This document shows positions 35,311 to 49,195 of a DNA stretch of 64,000 nt, in pieces. Both the position numbers and the translations under genes were made by a program. Source of the DNA: Narcine bancroftii. Taxonomy: Eukaryota. The stretch covers positions 130,262,001-130,326,000 of the forward strand of contig NC_091472.1 in assembly GCF_036971445.1 (NCBI RefSeq), written 5' to 3'. Position 1 is the first letter of the stretch, and each line of letters begins with the position of its first letter. Under the pieces are notes generated by a model. The model was not told where the DNA came from and searched no databases. It saw nothing but the letters and a program-made list of their open reading frames with translations.

Positions 35311-37024
35311 CCATATATTTTGGCAAATAGAATGACCCTTGAAGCACCTAAAAAACGAGGGTCTTATAGGCCAGATACAAAAACATGACCTTAAAATTCA
35401 ACTGAAAATATCATTTGATTAGTTCCACAACCCACTCAAGTCAAGTCACTTTTATTTGTCATTCATACCATGCATTGCACAGAAAAGATTAGATAGCGTT
35501 TCTCCAAGACCATGGAGCAGATTTACATAAATAGAAGTTAAAATATTAAGGCATGTACAATAAAAGTTTACAGACCCCACCCTACAATAAATTTTTAAGC
35601 CACCAGTATATTAAAAAGTTTTTTTCTTAATTAAAAAAAAATCTAGAATCCTTCAAAATCACTATCATCGTCTGAGGCAAAGAACTTGGCAAGCATATCT
35701 GGTGTCTCATTGTTCACACTATCATAATACGGGTCCCAGTCTGAATCGGATGAGTTGGCTACCATTTCGTCGTCAGTGCCCCACAATAAATCACCCTCCA
35801 TACTATTCATTGCACTAGAGATACTGCACTGTTTGAAAATTTTTATTACAGTCTTTACTTTCACTTTATCCCATGCTTTGATCACAAGTGATGCACCACA
35901 CATTACCCTTTCTTTTATGAAGGATTTTTCAGCATTCGTCATCCAATTATTCCATTCTTCACACACATGATCTTTAAATGACTTGTTCAAGCAGACACCT
36001 TGTGGTTGCAATTGAGAAGTCAAACCACCTGGTTTAACAGCAATCGTACTATTATTTAGTGCTAATCCATTTTTAGTGTTATCAGTTAAATGGCTGCGAA
36101 AACTCTGTTCCTTGTGTATACTTTCTTTGGCACCTGTTCCACACATTGTCTGTCTATAGTTTTACACCACTTCCATCCATCCATTGTTTTTCATGAAAAT
36201 GTACAAAAACACCTACTGGGAATTTTATTTTAGATTTAATTTTGCACTTGAAAATGACAATGGGTTTTAACTTCGTACCATTGATCTGGTCCATTCATGG
36301 CCTGTATTTCTGGCTTGCATAGTTTTCACACCATTTTATTGCCAATCACGTCAAAATTCATGGTGGGGGTGGGTTCATCTATGTTTCCAATATTTGACAA
36401 TGGAAACTGGTGTTTCTGCCACTGATGTATAATGAACTGGTGAAGACTGATAATTTTATGATCAAGATCTTTTGGTAGTTTCTGAGCAATTTTTTTTTGT
36501 TGTATTACCAGATTTTTCATGTTCATGAAACGGCTGCACCAGCCTACTGTAAAATCTCTACAGTGTTCTGGGTTTGACCCTACATATGCTCTGATTTTAT
36601 TTCTTGTGGCAGCAATCTTGCCTCTGTTCAAGTACCCATTCTGCAATGTGATTTTCTAACTCTGGCCAACAAATAGTTCCTTTTCTCATCAAACAATATT
36701 TGTTTGGTATTTTTCTTAAAACATCTTCATTCTTTCTCCACTCTCTTACCATCTTTTCAGTTATGATAAATGTCCTTGAAGCAGCACAGTTGGTAGATTC
36801 CTTGGCCACTAAAATGACTTTTAACTTAAAAAGTTGCTTCATACTTTCTTCATTTTGCTGGAGGCTCCAAGATAACACCCACCTGGCCACGTCCAAAAGC
36901 TCAGTCAACACGTGTATTTTTGAGGGGCTGTCTTATATACCCAATTATATGATAAAACCATGAAATTCAGGCTGAAATTGGGGGCCTACCTTATCTGAAG
37001 GTCATCTTATACACAAATATACTG
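35311..37024 (-). mobile_element. pogo-superfamily DNA transposon (Passer/POGK-like), pseudogenised transposase
   Basis: TA flanks at 35309-10 and 37025-26. Imperfect TIRs ccatatattttggc..ta.aatgacc / ggtcatcttatacacaaatatactg. Brinker-like DBD FKLKVI..VREWRK, CENP-B HTH WPELE..EWV, DDE segments NIDE, PGGLTSQLQP...LNKSFKD. Confidence 0.88.
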
Positions 37025-37369
37025 TAGTTATTTTTAACACATAAATTCTATAAAAGTATTTTTATTCTGTGCTCATTTTTTTTGGCAGTCATTCTTCCTT
37101 GAGGGAAAATTTGAATCCTTAAACTACTATAAAATGAGGATACACTGTACTGACTAAAGTTCTCGAAAATGCAAAAATAACTCTGCTTTCTACATCTTTT
37201 AGATTGGATGCATTCCAATTAGATTTAGAGTAAATTAAATGCTCCATCATAACTCCTAGTCATTTGCACTTGAGTGAAATTTGCTGTCAATGGTGCCTAA
37301 CCTGCTGAGTTCCTCGAGCAGTTTATTTTTTGCCCTCCTTTTTGATCTTGTAATATATTTCTCCTCACA

Positions 37370-40300
37370 ACTATCACAAGATAAAGGAACAAAAGTAGGC
37401 AATTCGGCGAATTAAGGCTTCTTTGCCCTCCATGAGTTAAACCATTCTTGTATCTCATTCCAATTTCTGGCCTTTTCTCCATATCCTTTGATACTTGACT
37501 AATTAAATACCTATCAATCTCTTCCTTAATCTTCTCCAATGATCGGGCCTACAGAGCTATATGTGGTAATGAATTCCACAAATCCATGACCCTCTGGCTA
37601 AAGGAAATACTCATCTGTTTTAAATGGGTACCCTCTAATTGTAAGACTGTGCCCTCTTGTCCAGGACTCACCCACCAAGGGAAACAAATTATTCACATAT
37701 ACTCTGTCTAATCCTTTCAGTAATCGAAATGTTTCTGTGAGATCCCCTTCACTCTTCTACACTCCAATGAATACAGTCCAAGAGCCAATAAATACTCTTC
37801 CTATGTTACCCCTTGCATTCCAGGAATCATTCTTGTAAATCTCTAAACTTTCCATCATTACATCCCTTCTAAGATAAGGGGCCTAAAACTGCACACAGTA
37901 CTCCAAATGAGGTCTCACCGGTGCACCATAGAACCTCATCAACACCTCCTTACTCTTATACACTATTCCTCGTGAAATGAATGCCAACATTGCATTCGCT
38001 TTTTTTTTTACTGCTGATCCAACCTGGTGGTTAATCTTTCGGGTATCCTGCACGGGGACCCCCAAGTCACTATGCACTTCTGAATTTTGAATCCCCCCCC
38101 CATCTAAATAATATTCTGTCTTTATTTCTTCCAAAATGTATAACCATGCATTTCTCAGCATTGCATCTCATTTGCCATTTCTTTGCCCACTTTTCTAAAC
38201 TGTCCAAATCTCTGCAACCTTTTGGATTCTTCAACACTTCCTGCTCCTCCACCCTTGGTGTCATCCTCATATCTTAGCCAAAAAAACATTTAATCCATAA
38301 TCTAAATCTTAAATATACATTGTAAAAAGCAGTGGCCCCAATATTGACCCCTGCAGAATACCACTAGTAACTGGCAACCAACCAGAGCAGTATCCCTTTA
38401 TTCCTGCCCTATCAGCCAATGCTATAGACGACACTTTCCTTATTCTAATATTTCCTAATTTTAGAGTATCATCTTCCAAAGAGTGAGCTGTGATATCCCA
38501 AATTCAGATCTCTTTAATCCAACAGATCAAACCCTGTGGCTATTACTTTATGTAGTATTAATTCATTGATAGAACAGATAAACATTTTGTATAGCTTCGC
38601 AACAAGACTTTCATAACGATGAATAAAGTATTAACTATGATAGCGATACAGAGGATATATAGAGATATAAACAGCTTTTAAAGAGGTACAAATTCAAAGA
38701 AAAATTTCTCATGCTCAGGCTTCCTTCACATCTTGGAGAATAATGAACAAGCCGTTGGTGGGCAGATATGACATATTACATCATAGTCACTATGGTAACA
38801 CTACAAACAATAGTTATCTTAAGCAGAGGCACAAAATTAACTAAGAATCAAAAATACAAGGATTTAACTTTTACAAATGCTCCACCCAATCTAGTATCTT
38901 CCTATAATTCCATGGGCACTCATTTAGCATCCTCTTATGCGAAACCTTGCCTGCCTGTCCCACATCGGACTTGTCAGTCACCAAAGAGCCTGCAGCAGAC
39001 GTGGACATACCCCTCCATAAATCTTCGTCCGCGAAGCCAAGCCAAACCCATGCGAAACCTTATCAAAGGCCTTTGGATGCCACCTCAAGGTATTTCATAA
39101 CCTCATGACTCCAATAACTTTCCAACTACCAGTCAGACTAATAGGCCTGTAATTTTCTTTTGTCTGCTTCCTTGCTTTCTTAAACAGTGGAACTAAATTT
39201 GTGACCTTCCAGTCCTCTGGAACCATGCCTTATTGATTCCTGCAAATTCATTTCCAATGCTCCCACAATCTTTAAAGCCACCTCCTTCAGAACCCGTGGG
39301 TGCACCTCATCCAGGAGACTTATCTATCTGTAGTCCATTTAGTTTACCAAGCACTTTCTTGTAATCTTGACTGTACTTCTATTCCCTGAGACCTATTGCT
39401 AATGTCTTCTACAGTGAAGACTGCAATACTCATTTAGTTCTCTGCCATCTCCCATTATAATTTCTCCAGCATCATTTTCAACCAGTCCTGTATCTAACCA
39501 TGCCCTCATATTTTAAAAAAAACTCTTAGTACCCTTTTGTATGTTATTTGCCAACTTCCTTTCATAATTCATTTTTTAATTTCCTAATGACTTTCTTAGT
39601 TTCTGCAAGTTTTAAAAAAAGTTTTCCAGTCTTCTGGTTTCCCACTAATTTTTCCTTCCTTGATGCCCTCCATATCACTTTTAGTTTAGCCTTAACCTCT
39701 CTTGTCAGCCACATTTATGCCATTTTTCCATTAATAATTTTCTTTTTTCTTGGAATATATCTATCCTGCACTTTCCTTATTTCTTGTTGAAATATCATCC
39801 AATCAACTTGGGCCAGTTCCTCTCTCATACCACTGTAATTTCCTTTGTTCCATTGAAGTATTGACAGAATTGATATCAGCTTGTTCTTTACAAATTTGGA
39901 ACTGAACTCGATCATATTATAATCACTACTTCCAAAGGGTTCCATTACCTTTAGTTCCCTAATCATCTCAGGTTCATAACATAGCACCCAATCCAAAACT
40001 GCCAATCCCCAGGTGGGCTTATTGACAAGCTGCTCCAAAAAGCCATCCTGTAGCCATTCTACAATCTCACTCTCCTGAGATCCATTACTTTGCTGACTTA
40101 CCCAATCTCCTTTCATGTTAAAATCCCCCATAATTATTTTGACATTTTCCTTCTGACATGCTTTTTCTATTTCCAGCTGTAACTTGTAGTCCACCTCTGC
40201 TGTTTATATAACTGCTATTTATGGTGCTTTTACGCTTGCCATTTCTTAACTCAAACCATAAGGATTCTACATCTTCTGAACCTAAGTCCCTTCTTTCTAG

Positions 40301-40870
40301 TAATTTAATATCATTACTTATCATCAGGGTCACACCACCCCTCTACCTAGCTGCCTATCTTTCTTAAACACTATATACCCTTGGGCATTCAGGTTCTAAT
40401 CAAATCTGTCATTAAGCTATGTCTCGGTGATGGCCACAATGTCATATCTTTAATCTGTAGCTGTACAACAAGGTCATCTACTTTAATTCTAATGCTATGT
40501 GAATTTAAGTACAGTACACCTAGACCAATATCTTACCGATTTTGCTGTATTTCTATTGCACAACAAATTATCCTGTCTTTTCACCTGCCTGTCCTTTTTG
40601 CCATCTTTGCTGCACAGTATCTGACTTTTTTCTATTTTCCTCTTTCTCGACCCGAGCACCCACTGCCATCTTAGTTTAAACCCTCCCTAATAGCTGTATT
40701 AAACATCCCCATCAGGATATTGGTATCCTTTGAGTTCAGGTGTATCACATCCTTTTTGTATAGGTCATACCTCCCCAAAATAGACCCCAATGATCCAAGA
40801 ACTTGAAACCCTGCCTCCTGCACCAGTCTCTTAGCCACATATCCTGGCACCAGGGAGGCAACACAACTAG
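37370..40870 (-). mobile_element. CR1 LINE, decayed, with internal deletion and two nested insertions
   Basis: Minus strand: ORF1 tail LYKKDVIHLN, IIMGDFN, SSDYNMIEF, LEKWAKKWQM, LGVPVQD, RPHLEYCVQF. Confidence 0.9.
38949..39049 (+). mobile_element. Extremely 5'-truncated RTE (101 bp) with 12-bp TSD
   Basis: Matches 20101-20202 (ccctccataaatcttcgtccgcgaagccaagccaaa). TSD ATGCGAAACCTT at 38937-38948 and 39050-39061. Confidence 0.9.
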
Positions 40871-42899
40871 ATTCTTTTTTAAACAATATTGTTTCCTTTT
40901 GTTATTTCCCTTCTAATCAGTAAACCATATAATTGGACATGTTAATCTTTTCATCTTTGCTCTAATTTACATTTCTATTATAGTTCTAATTTCACACTTC
41001 AGCTCTTATCTATAATCTTTCATTCCAAATCAGTTTTGTATTTTGTTCCAGAGCTGTTTGTTCTTTTTAAAATATAGAGACTTAAAACTATATAGTTGAA
41101 TGATGCATGACCAGGTTCTAAACAGCATAGTGCTATTAAATTCCATATCCCTAAAAATAAATCCCTGTGCTTTTACGTGCTTTCAATTCCTTTGCAGAGC
41201 TTTTATTGTTGTTTTTTCCCAGCTATCCCTCATTTTGTTTTCTAAATTGTGGGAACATTTCAATTTTTCCAATTATAATACAGCAGATTGCATTAATCTG
41301 TGTGAAGTCTGTTTGACCTCTAACTACTCAATCCATCTCTAGTTTTCAAAGCTTAATGATTTTCCAAAGCTCCTACCTTTGGTTACAGGTCCTACTTACA
41401 AAATGATAGAAGAAAACAAAGTTAACCTTCATTTAAGAAGTTAAATTTGTTTCTTTCTGTAAACCGTCTGATTGTTGAGTATTGAAATGTTTTGTGCAGT
41501 TTCAAATTATAATTGTAAGATATCAAAAAATAAAATCTTTTTGCCACCGAGTCAAATGGAGTAAAAACGGTCTGCCAAAACATTTTTTAAAAACTTTGAT
41601 CTCTAAATTAAACTTAATTAGGTCAGACATGTTTCAAATATTTACTAAAGCCTTTAATATGCAGTATAACTGTCTTTTGTTTTCCTTTCTCCTTGCCTTT
41701 GTAAATTTCTTTAATGTATAACTGTCTTAAAGGTTTTCCTTTCTCCTTTCCTTTGCCTGTCCTACTTTCTTTTAAAAGCAACATGATTGCTTCAACAGAT
41801 TGTAAACTGGCCTTTCATCTGAGTACCTTGAGTTTTAGACTGTCTAGACAGACGGGATGAAAGTCTTTTTTTCACTTAGCACTGGATTCAATTTGTTTGG
41901 TAGTCTCTGGCAATTCTTAGAGGACAGGAGTTCATAGTGCAACATTTTTCTAAATGTTTTTATTTGTCACTCTTAGTCAGGATAGAAGATTGCTGCCTTA
42001 GTAAAACATGCAGTGCTCTGTTTAATCTAATGCATTGTACAGGTAAAGTAGAAGGAATTTTGTTCTTCAAATAATTTATCAGAAGTGCATGATTTTAATA
42101 CAGGTTGCCCAAAACAAATTTGCCAAGAAATTGTATGGCTGTTTTTCAGGACCACATGATTGAAATTTTGCTGTAACTTGCTTAAATTGCAAAAATTCAG
42201 CTAAACTGCCAATTGAAATCCAGTTTTGGTGTAATTTAATTCATTGTACATATGGAGAGACATCATCAATGGCACAAAGCTCGTATGTAGTGGTGGCAAC
42301 TGAAAATGGGGCATATTTTCATTTAGAAAGATCATTGCTACTGTCAACAAAATATTTATAATTATGCTCTATATACTGCAACTTAAGGAGAACCTCATTT
42401 ATATTTTGTTTTCATGAACTGGAGGCAACTGCAATGTACTAGACTGACTTTGGATGAGGTATAAAATCATCATTTATTGTTATCCATTTGAGATGTTACT
42501 GTTGAATGTAGAAATTAGAGCTATGTTAACCAGGGTAAGATAGTCAAGCCTGGAAATCATGAACAAGGAGATTCAAGAATGTTTAGGGAACAATAGCCCT
42601 ACTCCGGTTCAGTGAGGAATGTAATAAAAAAGTTTTTTTTTATTTTAAGTCAGTCATGACACATTTGCAACAACCTGAGAATGGAACACCTTGTATGCAC
42701 CTTCCGTGTAAAGAGCTCCAATGTCATTACAAACTTGAATTTCTTCGATTTCAGATCATTCTGGGCAGAAGCTGGTAACTTACTCAAATATCCAAGTGTG
42801 CTCTACATGAGGAAATGAAAGTTATTGAATTGCAGAAAGATGATGAATTACAGGCTTCCTTGTATATTTGAGAGTAATCAACGCCACTTCATAAAATTT

Positions 42900-43480
42900 C
42901 TTATAACGGGTGACATAACTGGAATTTTCAGAATATTGTGGAGGCTAATTATTGGAGATATATAAAGAGGGGCTAGATAATTTTTTTTTAAAGATCAGAG
43001 AATTGAGGATTATGGGAAACAGGCACAGAATAGGTGCTGAGGCCTAGGGCAGATCAGCCAGGATCATAATTAGTGACAGGCTTCAGAGACCAGATAAGGT
43101 TTATTGCGTGTGTATCATTTAGTACGACATATTAAAAACCACATGAATTATGAGAGCTGCCACTCTGTGTCAACTCACTTTTTATTGGGAAAAATTGTCA
43201 AGATCAATGCCATCTATCTGTCACAGACACAGAATTAAGAGGTCAGCTATTCAGGACTGATACAAATTGATTTCTTCTTGAAAATGTTCGTGACATTTTG
43301 GAATTTTCTTCTAAAGGGATAGTGGAGGTTCAGTCACTGAATATTCAAGACCAAGATTAATCCGGTTTTTCAATGTGAAGAATGGAGTTTGTGCAGGAAT
43401 GTGGCCTTGAAGTCAAGGGTGAGGTACAATCAAACTGAATGATGTTCTGGGAGTCAGATGGACTATTGCTATTTTTTATG
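42900..43480 (+). mobile_element. Old CR1 3'-end fragments (two)
   Basis: Motifs ggaattttc...gtggagg, agatcagcca.gatcat typical of CR1 3' ends. Confidence 0.45.
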
Positions 43481-45664
43481 TACTTTCTTGGTTTTTAACT
43501 GAGCTGCAGTTATTGGGAGTTCCACATATTTATGCGTAAATGTTGTAGAATTACCAGAAGCATTATGAAAAAAGCCACTTTGGTACTCCAGTGGCTGGAC
43601 CCTTCTGGGTGACCTTGGCTTTCATAAAGTCTGAACCAAATAAAATCTGATCATGCATCTGCCAGAAAACTTGTTTCATCCTATAACAATTCCATTTTTA
43701 TTTTTGAGGTGGAAGGTTATCTCTGTGATGTATTTGTGAGCTTGTACAATAAATGAAAGATGAAATTTTCAAAGAAAAGTTTAATTGAAATAGGCTGAGA
43801 TTATCTGAAAATATTTTAATAGGTGCCTTGGGAGGAGGTGTAAAGGTTGTACATTATTTGTTTTTTGCTTTTTGTTTAGTTTTCCAGAATTTATTTTGAA
43901 TATGGTCAGCCAAGCCAAAAAGACACAATGTGGACTAGGTAAAGAGTAAACATCTTGGAAGAAAGGTAAATGGAAGGAAACTGGAGGAAGAACTCTGGGA
44001 CAATGGATGAAACAACTAAATTTTTAAGTTCTAATGTTAATGGTTTAAATGGATGGTGAAGAGGAAGAGAGTCTTGGCACACATTTTAAAAATGCAGGTG
44101 GATGTGGCTTTTTTACAAGTTGCCAATCTTTCGAGTAGTAATCATCAAAAATTAAGTAAGGGTTAGGTGGGGCACGTAATAGTGTCCTTTAATTCCAAGG
44201 CGAGGGGAGTAGCTATTTTAATAGGGAAAAATGTTCCAGTGAAAGTGGAAGACTTGGTCATAGACCCAGTGGGAAGATTTGTAATATATTCAGAATCCTG
44301 GACAATAATTAATATATACACCCCCAATTTTGACCATGAAAATTTTATACAAAGTGTCTTTTTACATTTGGCAGAAGGGTGGGAAAATGTCTTAATTGGA
44401 GGGGATTTCAACTTAAGCCACAAACAACGAGGGTGAGGGATTATTTCTTCAACTCAAAGCAACCTGTTCCTTATTCGAGAAATGATTTATTTCTAGCCTT
44501 GACCCAGCTCGAGGGTAGGATTGTGTAAACTGAGTATGCAGCAAGGCTATTATCAGATCATTCACCTTTGACTTTAACTATTGTCATGCCAGACAAACAA
44601 GCTATGGCATACAGGTGAATCCTTAATTCATTGCTATTGAGAAAACCAGAATGTTGTAGTTACATTAGAGCTCAAATAGAAATATTTTGCTAGGCAAACT
44701 GTACTTCTACTGCTGAAAAATTTCTGATATGGGATACATTAAAAGCCTAGTTGAGAGGTCAGATAGTTGGATATATACTAAAGGAGGTTAATGAATAGGA
44801 ACAAAAGATAACGCAGTTGGAAAAAGGCTACCAAAAATCAGGCTCTGAGGAAAAATATAGAACGTTAACAAATAAAAAGCTCAATTACAACACTATGCAA
44901 ACTTATAAGATGGAAAAGCGATATTAAGATCAAAGCAAAGGTACTACGAGCCAGAGGAAAGAGCCCATCTGTCTTGGCAGATGAGGGTAGAACAAACCAC
45001 AAGGACAATTAATGTGATTCAAAAAGAAATAAAAAGGATTCCATGCAAACTGAAGGAAATAAATGAAGCATTTATGCAATTTTACATGCAATTGTATAAA
45101 TCTGAGTCAATAGGTGACTGCAAAAATTGAGGAATTCTTGTCTAGTTTGGACATCAAATTTAGAGCCTGAGGAGCAGGAAGAATTGGATATTTCCTTCTC
45201 TGAGGAAGAAGTAGTAAAAGCACTGAGCTCGCTACAAATTCATCAATTTCCAGGGGAGGATGGTTTCCCTCCTGAATTTTACAAAGAGCTGAAGGACCTT
45301 TTGATGGCATTTTCATGGACATGGTGCAACAGGCGGCTGAGACCCATACTCTGCCGGAGACCTTCTCGATGGCAATAATTAAGGATATCCCCAAAAAGGA
45401 TAAGGATCCATTGAAGGCGTCTTATATACTAATCTCACTTCTGAATACAGATTATAAAATTATAGCCAAAGCTCTGGCAAACAGACTTCCAAACAAACCC
45501 AGATCAGATGGGTTTCATACAGAAAAGGGAAATGGCAGACAATATAAGTAGATTACTTAATATAATACATCTGGCACATTCAAGGGTGGATCCAAGCATA
45601 GCTGTGCCCCTAGATGCAGAAAAAGCCTTTGACTGGAGTGGGATTTATTTGTTAAAAGTGCTGG

Positions 45665-48600
45665 TGTGGTGGTCCACATAGTTGATGTACAGGCAATCCT
45701 GCTTCATGTGTTACGCACACATCAATGGAGCAGCCACATCAATGCAGCAACCGCATCAAAGATAACGCTGCATAGTTTCTTTTCCAGCAGAAGCTCAGCG
45801 CCCGCATAATGTGCAGGCAGCATGTTTGCATCACAATGACGCGGTTTCCGGCACGTGGGAGCTGGAGCTAAAAAAGCCTTAAAATGGCAGTGCGCTAGAC
45901 ACGATAAAGTTCATGAGTTCTGACGAACCCACTGACTGCCAGTTTCGTTCATTTGTTTAGTTAGCTCACACACTACATTTGTGACCCTAACAGGTTCAAA
46001 TGTTTTTGGACTCCTCAGCACGGACGCTGAAACAGTATGCTCCGTATTGTTAAATCTACCCACCTTCTGGACACTCCCACCTCTGCATATGGTTTAGACA
46101 AGCAGAGGCACAGTTCCAGATTAAACAGATCTCTTCCGACTCCACCAAATATTACCATGTAGTCAGCTCCTTGGACCAGAAAACCACAGCCAAAGTAAAT
46201 GACCTCATACAGAATCCACCAGAGGAAGGTAGATACAACACATTACTCATCAGCACGTACAGGCTCTCCAGACGCAAGCCAGGCTCATACACCTGGATGG
46301 CCTGGAGGACAGGACACTATCCACCTTCATGGATGAGAAGCTCATTCTGGCAGAGGGTCATTAACAATGCTTCATGTCAGAGCAGGCATTTCTAGAATAG
46401 CTGCCTGATGACATTCAGCTGCTGCTGGTGGATATAACGACCCCAGAAAGGTCACTGCCAAAGCAGATGTTCTTTGGCAGACCAAATGAGTCCATCATCA
46501 GTCAGCTGACCAGATCTCAGGCAGAGCCACAGACCAAACCCCACCCATCCCGAGAACAACAATGCCCCCGCAAGTTGACCAAGGGAGCAGACAGCAAATG
46601 GCGTTTCTACCACTGAGGGTGAGGGATAGATGCCCGTAAATGCAGACAGCCCTGGGCATTTCCAGGAAACGCCATGGCCATTTGCCGCTGATGGCTTTGG
46701 CGGCTGGCCACCCAGGCACCCTCCTCCACGTTAGTGATAAAATCTTGGGCCACAGGTTTCTCGTTGACACTGGTGCATCATCCCACCAACAGCACTCGAA
46801 ACACGAACAAGAAACCGTGGCCCTACCTTGCGAGCAGCCAACAACAACCTGATAAAGACTTTCAGGAAATGATGAGTGGCAGTGTGGTTAGGAGATGAGA
46901 CTTTCAACTGAGATTACACACTCGCATCAGTGGAAAAACCACTCCTAGGTGCGAATTTCTTGAGGGCACAAAGCCTGTTAACTGACCTAAAGGACAAATG
47001 GTCGGTGCATGCTGAAACTTTCTAGACTTTCCCTCTTGGAGAAGCCAGAATATCAGCCCCTCAACTGGCCTTGTTCACGTCCTCCACCAAATACAGCTGC
47101 ATTTTGGCTGAATTCCCATCCATCCTCAGGCCCCAATTTACCGTTGCCATGCTGAAGAATGGTGTCCAACACCAAATCACCACCCAGGGGCAACCCCTGC
47201 ATTCATGCGCTTGACAGATACCTCCAGATAAGCTGCCCCTGGGCTTCACCGTTACACATGGTCCTGAAAGCCTTTGGCGGTTGACAATCATGCAGAAACT
47301 ATAGGTGCCTCAACAATTCCACCACTCCAGACTGCTATCCTGTCACCTACATCCAGGATTTCACCACCAACCTACAAGGAGCTCAGGTCTTCTCCAAAGT
47401 CAACCTGGTGTGCAATTATCACCAGATCCCCATACGCCTCGACAACATCAAGAAGACAGCCATAATTACTCCTTTTGACCTCTTCATACGCATGTCTTTC
47501 GGCCTCAAGAATGTGGTATGTAGAAAAAAACGTTCCAGTGCTTCATGGATGCGGGTGGCATGGATTTGGATTTCCTGTTCATCTATCTGAGTGACATCCT
47601 CATCGCAAGCAAGGATTGGCAGGAACACATTTCCCACCTGTGCCAGTTGTACTCCTCACCTGTAAGTTTGGCCTCACTGTCAACCTGGCCAAATGCCAGT
47701 TTGGATTGGAGGTCATCGACTTCCTGGGCCATAGGATCACCAGGGTTAGTCGCAGCATCGCTACCAAGAAAAGTGGATTCCATTCACCAATTCACCAGGC
47801 CTAACACGGTAAAAGGCCTGCAGAAATTCGTGGGTATGGTTAATTTTTACAACCTTTTCATCCCAACAGCCGCCAGCATCATGCGCCCACCCTTTGTGAT
47901 GGTTGCAACGAAGAAGGACCAGCATGGGATGACGAGGCTGCAGCAGCTTTCCAACATACCAAAGATGCCCTAGCCAACGCCACATTCCTTGACACTCAAG
48001 GACAGATATCCACACCGCCCTAACTGTCAATGCTTCGAGCACTGCGATTGGGGGAGTACTCAAATAGCTCGTGGATGGCCACTGGAGACCCCTGGCATTT
48101 TTCAGCTGACACTTGTGCCCTTGAGAACTGAAATACAGTGCTTTTGACAGGGGACTAGTAGCACTTTACCTCGCAATGCAGCATTTTCGATACTTCCTGG
48201 AGGAAGTCTTCATGGACCATAAGCCTTTAACTTTAGCATTTTTGAAGGTTTCAGAACGCTGGTCAGCCCGTCAACAGCACTACCTCCCCTACATCTCTGA
48301 GTTCACAACAAACATCTGACACCTCTCAGGGAAAGACAATGTAGTGGCGGACATCCTTTCCAGTCCTGCCCTTGGAGCTTGCACAAGCCCAACAGGTGGA
48401 TGCCAAAACTCATGCTTTCCATACCACCATCACCGGCTTACAGCTGCAGGACATACAACTGGGTCAAGGTGACAGGACCCTATTCTGTGACGTATCCACA
48501 GGCCACTTCCAATCCATAATACCTGTTCTGTGGAGGAAGATGGCATTTGATACCCAGCCCTCCATCAAAACCACAGTCCTCATGGTTTCCTCTCATTTCG

Positions 48601-49195
48601 TATGGCATGGCTTGTGAAAACAGATCAGTGAATGGGGACGGATGTGCACACACTTTCAGGTGGCCAAGGTTCGCAGTCACACTAAGATATCCATCCAGCA
48701 GTTCAAAACGCCGACCTGCAGATTGCCCATTTCCATGTCGACATCGTGGGGCCCCTACCAGTCTACCGTTACCTCCTCACTATCATCGACCAGTTTACCA
48801 AATGGCCTGAGGCTGTCCCTATTACTGAAACCACAGCTGACTCCACCAGAGCCTTGCTGTCCATGTGGGTATCTCATTTTGGCATCCCAGTACATTTAAC
48901 CACAGACCAAGGTTCCCAGTTCACTTCAGCCCTTTGGTCAGAAGTAATTAGCCTACTCGGCATACAGCTACACCAGACCACAGCCAACCACCCCAATCCA
49001 ACAGCCTGGTTGAACACTTTCACAGGCATCTCAAATCAGCCCTCGTGACCAGGTTGACTAGCCCAAACTGGGTGTATGAGCTACCCTGGGTCCTCCTTGG
49101 GATCCCCATGTCCCTGAAGGAAGACCTACAGGCACCATTAGTGCACCCCTAGCAGTTCCTGGTGAGTTCCTGTAAATGTCACTCCAGCCTTCCCA
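45665..49195 (+). mobile_element. Gypsy (Mag-like) LTR retrotransposon, decayed, 3' LTR missing
   Basis: 5' LTR 45665-45977 (TGT...ACA) followed by PBS-like tttgtgaccc. gag LPTFW..WF.QAEAQF, protease FLVDTGA, RT KTAIITPF/MSFGLKN/IYLSDILIAS, RNase H DHKPL, integrase IIDQFTKWPEA/TDQGSQFTS. Confidence 0.92.
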
